DNA from: Chiloscyllium plagiosum
Lineage: Eukaryota
Direction: 5' to 3'
DNA: 48,909 nucleotides
Assembly (NCBI RefSeq): GCF_004010195.1
Contig: NC_057754.1
Span: 4,824,471-4,873,379 of the forward strand
The translations under genes and the position numbers were made by a program. The notes under the pieces are model-generated. The model ran no database searches. It was not told the origin of the DNA and worked only from the letters and a program-made list of their open reading frames with translations. Of this stretch, positions 10,592 through 21,638 are shown piece after piece (position 1 is the first letter of the stretch; each line of letters begins with the position of its first letter).

Positions 10592-11311
10592 GTAAGATTT
10601 TGATTCCCGCCTTTCCTTCTCAGGCACCAGCAACAGAGTGTGCATAATGCTGTGTTCTGTAAACATGTAATCAAGAGACAGAGGTGCTGTACCTTTAAGC
10701 AGTGCCTGCCTGATTGAGAAATGAAGGGAAGTTGCTTGCTGTAGTTTTACCTCTTAGTTCTTGTCTGGCAATTCAGTTTCTTACTGCTTCAGTCTGTTCC
10801 AAGACTTCCATGTGTATGCTTGATGTGGGTCGAAGCGTGGGCAAAGAGTATTGTGGTTTATTAGTACTCCAGAAACTTATTTTCCTGTATCCTGTTTCAA
10901 GAGATCAGTGCAAGTAGTCTGCTCCCCATCGGAAAACTGGCCTTTGTGGGCTCCTTCAGCACTTAAATATGGAGACAGACTGAGTAAGCATGTGGGACTG
11001 GCTCTTATGTGTTTGCATAATTGCAGCCATTTTTTTAATATTGTGCTGGAGCTGCTAGTTTATGATGCTGAAAAACTCGGTATGATCATTTGCTTGATTG
11101 AATGAATAGGACAAGTTTAATTATTTGGGTTGCTGACTACTTTAAATTTCCTTGTCTGAAATTGGTAATATCAGACAATGCTGTTTTGACTTGGCTTGCA
11201 CATCTGAATAGTGGAATTTTAGTGCATGTAGCATCACAAACTGTAATTCTGTCAGTTCCTGGAGTTTGATTCTAGCTATGTTATGAAATGCAGTTAATAG
11301 ACAGAGGACCG

Positions 11312-11950
11312 TGCATAGAACATAGAATTTTACAGCACAGTACAGGCCCTTCACCCCTCGAAGTTGTGCCTACCTGTGAAATTAATCTGATGCCCATCTA
11401 ACCTAACCTTCCATTATTATCCATATGTATGTCCAATGCCCATTTAAATGCCCTTAACATTGGCGAGTCTACTACTGTTGCAGACAGGCCGTTCCACACC
11501 CCTACTACTCTCTGAGTAAAGAAACTACCCCTGATATCTGTCTTAAATCTATCACCCATCAACTTAAAGCTATGTCCCTTTGTGGTAGTCTTCACCATCC
11601 GAGGAAAAAGGCTCTCACTGTCCACCCTATCTAACCCTTTGATTATCTTATATTTCTCGATTAAGTCACCTCTCAACCTTCTTCTCTCCAAGGAAAACAG
11701 CTCAGTCCCTCAACCTTTCCTCGTAAGACCGTCATTCCATACCAGGCAACATCCTAGTTAATCTCCTCTGAACCTTTTCCAAAGCTTCCACATGCTTCCT
11801 ATAATGCAGTGACCAGAACTGCACGCAATACTCCAGGCGTGGCCTTACCAGTGTCTTGTATAGCTGAAGCATGACCTCGTGGCTCCGGAACTCAATCCCC
11901 CTACCAATAAGCGCCAACGCATCATATGCCTTTTTTACAACCCTACCAAT
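11312..11950 (-). mobile_element. CR1 LINE 3' fragment
   Basis: ORFs 11732..11917 (MLQLYKTLVRPRLEYCVQFWS) and 11398..11691 (RRRLRGDLIE.YKIIKG...FFTQRVV.VWN.L). catagaacatagaa tail at the left end. Confidence 0.93.
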
Positions 11951-12344
11951 GCCTCTGTACTTGACTGTTTTTGAGCTGTAGTATTCATGTTAGTAATGCC
12001 AGTTGCGTTGTGTCAGTATTCCACAATGAGCTGCACCCATAAATAAACTTACTGATGCACTGCATCTGGATGAGTGAGAGAACATGTTTGACATGTTGAT
12101 TCCTTCCCTACTATATGCTCTGTTTCACAGACTTAAAATTACTGTAAGTCATGAAGATCTCTGAATTAAAGTTTATGGTTTGATAAATAATAATACATGT
12201 TGCAATTTTGATTTACCCTTTGATAAAGCCTCTTAGAGATGATGATATATGCAGGTTTTATTTTGCTGGGTACAATTTGTGATTTATTATTTCCCCTTAT
12301 CCCAGTCTGTAGTTTACATTTGTTAGCCCTCTTAATAACAAAAT

Positions 12345-12625
12345 TGCTTACATTTATTTAACACCTTTAACAAATTAAAACATGTCAAAGTGCTTCACAG
12401 AAGCATTGCCAAATTAAATGTGACACAGTTTTGTATGAGATATTGCAGCTGTTCAACAGAGGTTTGGTAAAAGGACTAGATTTTAAGGAACATCTCAAAT
12501 GAGGTAAGAAGGGTAGGGAGGTAAAGACATTTAGGGTCAGAATTCCAATGTTTAAAGCCTTGGCAATTGAAGACAATGCCAACAGTGGTGGAGTGATTTT
12601 GTTGTGGAAAAAAAGCTAAGAATTA
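12345..12625 (-). mobile_element. Old L2-clade LINE 3' end
   Basis: catttattaacacctttaac...aaagtgcttcacagaagc...ttttaaggaacatctcaaa...aattccaatg resembles the reverse-complement L2 3' terminus. It continues after the SINE at about 13080. Confidence 0.55.
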
Positions 12626-12649
12626 TATAACTCATCTTCTAACTCCCCC

Positions 12650-12967
12650 ATGGCTGCTCAGCCATCACAATGCCAAGGACACAGGTTCATTTCCTTGCTC
12701 GGGCCGCTGCCTGTGTGGAGTTTGCATGTTCTCCCCATATTGGCGCGGGTTTCCTCCTGTGCTCTAGCTTCCTCCCACAGTCCAAAGATGTGCAGGTTAT
12801 GTAGATTGGCCATGCTAAATTGCCCAAAGTGTCCAGGGATGTGCAGGCTAGGTGGATTAGTCATGGGAAATGCAGGTTAGTGGGTGTGTCTGGTTGGGAT
12901 GCTCTTTGGAGGGTCAGTGTAGACCTGATGGGTTGAATGGCCTATTTCCACGCTGTAGGGATTCTGT
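12650..12967 (+). mobile_element. HE1-type V-SINE (tRNA-derived head, CR1/HER1 tail)
   Basis: V-domain tgtgtggagtttgcatgttctcccc...ttcctcccacagtccaaagatgtgcagg. Tail gaatggcctatttccacgctgtagggattct. Confidence 0.88.
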
Positions 12968-13079
12968 GTTTGAGAAATATATTTTCCTGGATGAATGCAG
13001 CTCCAGTAATACTTAATCTTAACACTATCCAGTGATGCACAGATCCTATGAATGAATTTTTTTAAATTGTAAGGAACAC

Positions 13080-13820
13080 GGATTTTGGAGAGATGTAGAG
13101 ACCAAGGAGGTTACAGAAGTATGAAAGGGCAAGACCATGCAGGGATTTGAAAACAAAGTCTGAGAATTTTAAAATCAAATAATTGATGGAATAGGGGTCA
13201 ATATAGGTCAGGAACCTTTTGTAAGATATATCTGCAGTGATGTTTTGAATGATGTCAATTTTTTAAAGTGCAGTTAATGTGGGGCTGACTAGGAAAGCAT
13301 TGGAAAAGTCAGGTCCAGAGGTGGTAATGATCTGGATGAGTGTTTCAGCTAAAGTAAAGGCAGAGCTAAGTAATGGTTTGAAAGTGCCATTAGGTAGTCT
13401 CGCTACTGGATTGGATATAAGAGTAGAAACTTGTCTTAGGATCAAAAACAAAACTTAACTTGTAAAGAGACTGGTTTTCCTTGGAACATTTTCCACAGAG
13501 GGCAGGAGATGACATCATGGCTGTCCAATCACTACTTATACCAATCAAGTAAAATGACAAATTAGAGATGTTGGAGAAGTCGAGTGAGTTGAAGTAAAGC
13601 TAGATGTTTTCAGTGTTTGTGTGGAAAATAATGTTGCATTTTCAGATGATGTTGCAGAGATGGTAACATATAGATGAGTAATGGGCAAACCAGGAAATGT
13701 AACATTGAAAATATAGATAAATTAAAAAATTTTAAAAAAAAGGTTTTTAGTATAGGCAGACGCTGAACAAGCTGCTGCAATTTTTGTTGGAGCGTTGGAG
13801 GCTGAGAGGTGACCATTAAC
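13080..13820 (-). mobile_element. Old L2-clade LINE fragment (continuation of 12345-12625)
   Basis: gaagggcaagaccatgcagggatttgaaaacaaag...gcattggaaaagtcaggtccagaggtggtaatgatctggatgagtgtttcagc. ORF 13263..13451 has AETLIQIITTSGPDFSNAFL, similar to the L2 motif AETLIHAFVTSRLDYSNALL. Confidence 0.6.
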
Positions 13821-15858
13821 AGATTTACAAAATCAAATTTAAAAAGTTTGATTTTTTTTTAAAAGAGTACATATTTGTTGCAGTGCCTTCTTAACAGAGT
13901 AAATGGTCATCTGTTGCTTTTTGCAGGGAAGACTTAAGTAACCAGTCACTGCTGTACAAAGTAAGTCATCTCTTTGCAATTTGTTTTGAGATTTTTCTGA
14001 GAGACCTAAGGTTTCAGTGCACTGTGTAAGTCTTTTAATTGTCAGGAAAATGAAATTACAAAAGAAAATAAAGATATTGTTTCATTTCCACTATATGACC
14101 ATACTTTTCCTGGTTTCTTTCCCCTTGCCTCCTTGAGCTGCTTACCCAGCAACATACGTGCATTAAGAATTCTTAAATAGCTTGTGTTGTGGAATGTCTT
14201 TTTCGCTGTAGATAACAGACTAGCGGTGCTTCGGGGCACTTATGAGGTTTCTGGATGGCACATGACATTCAGAATCAGTAAATACAGCTTTGTACACACA
14301 TTATTGATTGTAAATGCTGTGTGAGATCAAAAAGCAAGCAGCTTAACCCTTTCATTACATACTCTTGAGTAGGCTTAATAAGAGATTTTCCATTGACAGC
14401 TCCCATATTGTGGCTGCTTGTGATATTTACTATAACATCTGATTGTAACTCACAACATTTATAGAAATTGCTCAGATAATTCTCCGTTTGCTGTTTTCAT
14501 TGATAAAATGCAAAGTACTGAAATTACATTGCTGTAAATCATTATGTATGAATGCATTAAGCATTTATGTATTCAGATAGCAGCATTTTGAGATCCAACT
14601 ATAATGCTTATTTGCAAACTGTCCCTCCACTAGTTGGCAGTTAGTTAGGGCGGTGTTCTTATATCATTAAGTGATTAACGTGAGTTCTCTATTAGTTTAC
14701 CAATGACAAGTAGATCTCATTTTTTAAACAAAAGTTCTTCATTGCAGCTAATCTTCCTGATTCACAAGTATAGTTTGTGTCTTGTTGCCAGCTTGGAAGC
14801 TGCTGCTAGCACTTATCTCGTGGTAAACCTGAGGATAAATTGGCTGTCAAATCCTGGAAGAGGCATGGTAAAGAAGCACAAGACTGGCCTTAGCATTATG
14901 AAACTGAGCTCTGAGAGTAGACTTGAGGAGGTTAGGGTTCTCAATCTTGAAAAGACACAAAGAAGTGATTTCATAAACTTGATTTCAGACCAAGCCATGA
15001 TAATTGGGCAACGGATTAAAATGAGCAAAATGCACATGATTGCAGCATGTTTATTTTTCCTCATTTAAAGAATACCCTTTTCTTCATGTAAAATCTAAAC
15101 CATGTGTGACAGACAGTTTGATCACAGAGGGCATATCATAGGAGTCCGATCTTGCCTTCGTCTGAAATTCTCACAGTAATTTTCAGTGGATGAAGATTGT
15201 TTCTGGGAGACATCCAGTGGCAGAATTATTGATGAGGACATCATGAAGGGTGGTCATCCCTCCCACCTCACATTAACCATTGAAAAAGTAGCATTGACGA
15301 ACCGTTCCATTTTCCTTCAGGACTTTTTGTCACCCGCAATGACCTCCACGTCTGGCTACTTGCCTGACCTGTTCCCAATTTGTCCTTAGGACCAGACAGG
15401 TTGGTATGACATTCTACAGGTTTTAGCTTTGTTCCCTTCTTACAAATTCGGCTATCCCTTGAAGTTTACTCTTCTACTGCCCTTTCCATCCCACTTCCAT
15501 CATCACCCCTGTTCGCTAATCTTAGCTTTGCAGCTTGATATACCCTGAAACAAAATTATGCAGAAGTGTGTTATGATGTCAGCATGGATCAGAAAAAGAA
15601 ATTGAAAAGGTTGCAGTTGTGACCAACGGTACAACTAGGTGGAGCACCATGCATGTATGCGCAACATTGTACCAATGAGAAATTACTTCACTTCTCAGTT
15701 TAGATCAGTCCTGGTACTGATCAAATTTACTTCGCAACGTCAGTCTTCAACTTGTTACGGTTTTCTACCTGTAGCATTGTTTTGCCAAAAAGAATTTACC
15801 ATTCAGTCCCTGCTTTCATGTTTTATAGCTGCATTGGGGTTACGATTTAAAACAAATT

Positions 15859-16065
15859 TGTAGTGATTGGAACCAGATGGATCCTGTTGACTACGAGATC
15901 CTTGATTGGGTTTGTTAACCTGGCTGACCAATATAAAAAGGGCACTTAGTTTCTCCTCAGTTGAGGGGACTGACTCTGAGCTGGCTGGCCAGAGTCAGTG
16001 TACTGCGCACAAGGAAATAAAGGGTGTCTTGGTGACGGGATACTGGCCTTTGTACAGATGTTTCA
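15859..16065 (+). mobile_element. Solo LTR with 5-bp TSD (Gypsy-like, superfamily inferred)
   Basis: Begins TG (tgtagtgattg) and ends CA (tgtttca). Internal TATA-like atataaaaa and AATAAA. Flanked by perfect AAATT on both sides (15854-15858, 16066-16070). Homologous to 46228-46440. Confidence 0.82.
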
Positions 16066-16071
16066 AAATTT

Positions 16072-16160
16072 AAGTTAAAAATCATATAGCACCAGGTTTG
16101 TTTGGAAGTACTAGCTTTCAGAAGGCTGCTCCTTCATCAGGTAGCTCGTGGGTTAGAATC
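16072..16160 (-). mobile_element. Penelope-like pseudo-LTR fragment (same family as 37702-37860)
   Basis: aagttaaaaatcatatagcaccaggtttgtttggaagtactagctttc...ccttcatcagg matches the reverse complement of 37737-37821. Confidence 0.75.
16109..16143 (-). ncRNA. Minimal type-I hammerhead ribozyme motif (PLE-associated), core intact
   Basis: Minus strand reads uac-CUGAUGA-aggag cagc cuucu-GAAA-GC-UA-gua: a 3-bp stem I, a 5-bp stem II with one G:U pair, a palindromic AGCU helix III and a CUA cleavage triplet. Confidence 0.7.
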
Positions 16161-16523
16161 ATAAGACATATTTAAGTCAAACTCAACAAGATATTGGGAG
16201 AAGACAACACACATGCACTAACTAGCGTGGCACAGGAGAATTATGAGACATAAACAGGGATATAATTGGGATGCAGCAGCAGTAATGGTAAAACAGCACA
16301 AATGTTAGCCTATGCATTTATAAAGTACTGCATCTAAACTAGCTTAACAACAACCAGACTCAGTCTCGTTTGATTTGAAGCGCAGCACTCCAACATATAT
16401 TTTCACCATCAGCCAGGTAGAATCAAACACAGCTTGGGAGCACTCCGACATGCTGGTCATATTAGCTAGCAAAACACAGTTTTAAAAATTAATTATGGTG
16501 TTTATCATGGTGGAAAAATTACA

Positions 16524-16852
16524 GTCATAGAGTCATACAGCATGGAAACAGACCCTTTGGTCCAACTAGACCCTGCCGATCATGTTCTAAAACTAAACCA
16601 GTCTCACTTGCCTGTGTTTGGCCCATATCTCCAAATCTTTCTTATTCATATAATTATCCAAATGTCTAAAACGTTCTAACTGTACCTGCATCCACCACTT
16701 CCTCTGGTAGTTCATTCCACACATGAACCATTCTCAGTGTTTAAAAAAAGCTTGCATCTCCTTTCCTTTTTAAAACTTTCTCCTCTCACCTTAAAAATAT
16801 GCTCCCTGGTTTTGACACCACCCCCGCCCCACCGTAGGAAAAAGACCTTGAC
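16524..16852 (-). mobile_element. CR1 LINE 3' fragment
   Basis: gtcatagagtcatacagcatggaaacagaccctttggtccaac tail, then reverse-complement ORF2 end (IFKVRGESFKK). Confidence 0.85.
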
Positions 16853-17009
16853 TGTCTTGTTTCTCTTGCTGCCAATCATTGTAATGTAGATGGACATGCA
16901 GCCAGTCCTTCGTCCCTTCTCCTCTTTCCCCATATATAAACAGTATCATGCAAAGGTTTCTTATTCACATAATCACTCTGAGTTAAGCAGTGCTATTTCC
17001 TCATATACT

Positions 17010-17321
17010 TGGGTGGCATGGTGGCTCAGTTGTTCGCACTACTGCCTCGTGGAAACTGGGTTCAATTCCAGCCTTGAGTGACTGTCTGTGTGGAGTTTGC
17101 TGAGTGCTCTGGTTTCCTTCCAAAATATAAAGATATGCAGCTTATGTGGATTGGCCATGCTAAATGGTCCATTGTGCCCAGCAATGTCCAGGCTAAATGG
17201 ATTAGCCATGGGCAATGTAGGGTATCAGGGACAGGTTGGGGGTGGGGGGGGCTGTTTCGAGAGTTGGTGCGGAATTGGTGCCAAAAGCCTCTTTCTGTAC
17301 TATAGGATTCTCTGATTCTAT
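17010..17321 (+). mobile_element. HE1-type V-SINE
   Basis: gggtggcatggtggctcagttg (A box), gggttcaattcc (B box), V-domain gtgtggagtttgc and a gattct tail. Confidence 0.88.
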
Positions 17322-18212
17322 ATTCTCTACCACAAATCCAGTTATCAAACAGCCACACTTTGACTTTATGAAGACGATCAGGTTGCTTTTTTGTTTGCGT
17401 TTTGGAATCTTACCTTATTATTTTCAGTCAGGAGGATACATTCTGCAATATATCCTATGTACAGGGATGTGCAAGGCAGGATTTGGGTACCAAGCTCAAT
17501 TTGTAGTCTGCGTGATTTTCCATCTACATAGGTTGGTGTACATTAATCATGTTAAAGCACCTGAAATCCAATACTGCGTCCCCTGCTGTTTGAATGTCTA
17601 TTCTCCATTGGCTTTCAGGGACTTTAGGACATAGAGTCATAGCGATGTACAGCACAGAAACAGACCCTTCAGTCCAATTCGTCCATGCCAACCAGGTATC
17701 CCAACCTAATCTAGTCCCACTTGTCAGCACATCCCTCCAAACCCTTCCTATTCACATACCCATCTAGATGCCTCTTAAATGTTGCAATTGTACTAGCCTC
17801 CACCACTTCCTCTGGCAGCTCATTCCATACACGTACCACCCTCTGCAGGAAGAAGCTGCCCTTTAGGTCCCTTTTATATCTTTCCCCTCTCACTCTAAAC
17901 CTATGCTCTTTACTTCTGGACTCCCCCACTCCAGGAAAAGACTTTGTCTATTTATCCTATCCACACCCCTCATAATTTTATAAACCTCTATAAGGTCACC
18001 CCTCAGCATCTGACGCTACAGGGAAAACAGCCCCAGCCTTTTCAACCTCTAGCTCAAATCCTCCAATCCTGGCAACACCCTTGTAAATCTTTGCTGAGCC
18101 CTTTCGAGTTTCACAACATCCTTCTGATAGGAAGGAAACCGGAATTGCACGCAATATTCCAACAGTGGCCTAACCAATGTCCTATACAGCTGCAGCATGA
18201 CCTCCCAACTCC

Positions 18213-18300
18213 CATAAGAAGGCTTATGCCCGAAACGTCGATTCTCCTGTTCCCTGGATGCTGCCTGACCTGCTGCGCTTTTCCAGCAACATATTTTCAG
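18213..18300 (+). mobile_element. 88-bp Penelope-like pseudo-LTR fragment nested in CR1, 11-bp TSD
   Basis: ggcttatgcccgaaacgtcgattctcctg...cagcaacatattttcag, flanked by ctcccaactcc at 18202-18212 and 18301-18311. Confidence 0.85.
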
Positions 18301-18580
18301 CTCCCAACTCCTGTACTCAATACTCTGACCTATAAAGGAAAGCATACCAAATGCAGCTGTCACTATCCTATCTATCTGTGACTGTACTTTCAAGGACCTA
18401 TGAACCTGCACTCCAAGGTCTCTTTGTTCAGCAACACTCCCCAGACCTTATCATTAAGTGAATAAATCCTGCTAAGACATTTTTTCCCAAAATGCAGCAC
18501 CTTGCACTTACCTAAATTAAACTCCATCTGCCACTCCTCAGCCCTTTCTTTGGCCCATCTGATCAAGATCCCATTGTACT

Positions 18581-19979
18581 CAAGTTCTGAGAAGATTTGG
18601 AGCTCAGGTTGAGTTCTGGATTTAGAGTTGCTCACTGAGCTGGAAGGTTCGTTTTCAGATGTTCTGTCACCATACTCGGTGACATTATCAGTGAGCCTCC
18701 AGATGAAGCACTGGTTGCATGGCCCGCTTTCTATTTATGTATATATGTTTCCTTGCATTGGTGATGCCATTTCCTGTGGTGACATCATTTCATGTGGTAA
18801 TGTCATTTCCTGTTCTTTTTCTCAGGTGGTGGAAAATGGGGTCCAAGTCAATGTGTTTGTTGATAGAGTTCCGCTTGGAATGCTATGTTTCTAGGAATTC
18901 TCGTGCATGTCTCTGTTTGGCTTGTCCTAGGATAGGTGTGTTGACCTAGTTGAAGTAGTGTCTTTCCTCATCTATATGTAAAGATACTAGTGAGAGTGGG
19001 TCATGTCTTTTTGTGGCTAGTTCATATTCATGTGTCCAGTGTAATGTTTGTTACAGTTCTTGCAAGGTGTTTTGTAAATGACATTAGTTTTGCTTGTTGT
19101 CTGTATAGGGGTTTTCAAGTTCATTAGCTGCTATTTTAGTGTGTTGGTGGGTTTGTGGGCTACCATGATGCCAAGGGGTCTGAGTAGTCTGGCAGTTATT
19201 TCCGAGATGTCTTTTATGTAAGGGAGAGTGGCTAGGGTTTCTGGATGTGTTTTGTCTGCTTGTTTGGGTTTGTTGCTGAGAAATCGGTGGACTGTGTTTA
19301 TTGGGTATCCGTTCTTTTTGAATACACTGCAGAGGTGATTTTCTTCTACTCTGCATAGTTCCTCTGTGCTGCAGTGTGTGGTGAAATGACTGCCAGGCTA
19401 CTCAGACCTCTTGGCATCATGGTAGTCCACAAACCCACCAACACACTAAAACAGCAGCTAATGAAGTTGAAAGACCCTATGCAGGCAACAAGCAAAAACT
19501 AATGTCATTTACAAAATACCTTGCAAGAACTGTTAACAAACACTACATTAGACAAACAGGCAGGAAACTAGCCACCAGGATACACGAACATCAACTAGCC
19601 ACAAAACAACATGACCCACTCTCACTAGTATCCGTACATACAGATGAGGAAGGACACCACTTCGACTGGGACAACACATCCACCCTAGGACAAGCCAAAC
19701 AGAGACACACACGAGAATTCCTAGAAGCATGGCATTCCAAGCGGAACTCTATAAACAAACACACTGACTTGGATCCCATTTTCGACCCCCTGAGAAAAAG
19801 AACAGGAAATGGCATCATGACAGGAAATGACATCACCAACCAAAGGAAACCTAAACACATAAATAGAAAGTGGGCCATGCCACCGATGCTTCATCTGGAG
19901 GCTCACTGATGATGTTACCTAGTATGGTGATAAAACGTCTGAAAACGAACCTTCCAGCTCAGCGAGCAAACTTACATCC
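18581..19979. mobile_element. Penelope-like retroelement (GIY-YIG endonuclease end) in inverted configuration, nested in CR1
   Basis: Right arm encodes NVIYKIPCKNC/NKHYIRQTGRKLATRIHEHQLA..HHFDWDNT..LGQ..REFLEAWH..NSINKH (GIY-YIG). Left arm (about 18625-19202) is the reverse complement of about 19383-19975. TSD agatcccatt(g/t)tact at 18566-18580 and 19980-19994. Confidence 0.92.
19903..19942 (+). ncRNA. Degenerate minimal hammerhead motif in PLE pseudo-LTR (second decayed copy at 18655-18694, minus strand)
   Basis: uca-CUGAUGA-uguuacc uaguau ggugau-aAAACGUC-uga. The conserved G of GAAA is changed to A, consistent with CpG decay. Confidence 0.55.
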
Positions 19980-21638
19980 AGATCCCATTTTACTTTGAGG
20001 TAACTTTCTTTGCTGTTCACAACATCTCCAGTTTTGGTGTCATCTGCAAACTTACTAACTATACCTCTTATGCTCACATCCAAATCATTTATATAAATGA
20101 CGAAAAGTAGTGGACCCAGCACCAATCCTTGTGTCACTCCATTGGTCACAGGCCTCCAGTCTGAAAAATATCCCTCCACCATCACCCTCTGTCTTCTACC
20201 TTCAAGCCCGTTTTGTATCCAAATGGCTAGTTCTCCCTGTATTCCATGAAATCTAACCTTGCTAACCATCTCCCATGGGGAACATTGTTGATCTCCTTAC
20301 TGAAGTCCATTTAGATCACGTCGACTGCTCTGCCCTCATCAATCTTCTTTGTTACTTCTTCCAAAAACTCAATCAAGTTCGTGAAACAAGATTTCCCACA
20401 CATAAAGCCATGTTGACTATCCCTAATCCGTCCTTGCATTTCCAAATACATGTACGTCCTGTCCCTTAGGATTCTCTCCAACAACTTGCCCACCACCAAT
20501 GTCAGGCTCACCGGTCTATCCAGTGTCCTTACCACCTTTCTTAAATAGTGGCATCACATTAGCCAACCTCCAGTCTTCCGGCACTTCATCTGTGACTATC
20601 AATGATACACATATCTCAGGAAGGGGCCCAGCAATCACTTTCCTAGCTTCCCACAGAGTTCTCAGGTACACCTGATCATTTCCTGGGGATTTATCCACTT
20701 TTATGCATTTCAAGATGTCCGATACTTCGTCCTGTGTAATATGGACATTTTTCAAGATGTCACCATCTATTTCCCTACATTCTATATCTTCCATGTCCTT
20801 TTCCACAGTAAACACTGATGTAAAATACTCGTTTAGTGTCTCAGCTTGAGATTGTGGAAAATGCTAATGTGAACAGAAATTTGAAAACTTGTTCTATTCT
20901 TTCTCTCTCTTTTTATTTGTCTCCCTGTCTTTGTCTCAATCACACACGCCCTGTTTATGTATGCACATAATGCATAACGTTTGACCTCTAGATACTATCC
21001 AAGTCCTCTTATCGGATTAACATCCTTGTGAAACATTGAGGGCTTAAACATTCCTTGCAGTTCTATGGTTAGTACCCAATCTTTAACAACTGCTGAATGT
21101 TCAAATCAGCTGCTCCGTTTACACTGTGCACACACAAACAAAATACATTCCTTTTAATCTTGCAAGAAGAGTGAGGAGTCTTTACTGACCCACAGTATTA
21201 AAGATTTGTGTAAATAGGAATAGCACAGTCTGATTTCTTAAGATAATGTAGATTTGTTAATTAAAAGTGTTGTATTTGTGTTATTCAGCCAGATACCTGA
21301 TGAACTAAGAAACCCATCCCCATATAAAAATATGCTGTCAGGTTGACTATTTTGTTTAGTTTGAATTGGAGGAGAGCAGTATGAGCTGTCTGATTTGCAT
21401 TTACACCTGACTCGTAAAACTAGTTTTGCCAACACAATAAGACAACAGGCTTTGGTATTGTCATCTTGGGCAGCACGGTTAAAGGTATGGCTCATCAAAA
21501 TTACTTAACAAATACCTGATGTGTTTCAAATGAAGCTATTGAGACTCCGTTTACTTGATGAATGGTGCACAATTTGCTCATTGAGACCTTCCCATTTAAC
21601 CATTGTAATTACCAATTCCTAGGCACAGGATAGTGGGG

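Larger units (their letters stand above)
17629..20842 (-). mobile_element. CR1/HER1 LINE ORF2 (RT) pseudogenised copy with two nested PLE insertions
   Basis: Fragments KSPG.DQVY.R.L.E, RPVSLT.VVGKLLE, SQHGF..GKSC.TNL, GV.QG.VLGPLLF.IYINDL, SKFADDTK, LYRTLVRPLLEYC and FF.QRVVRVWN. catagagtcatag tail at the left end. Confidence 0.95.
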
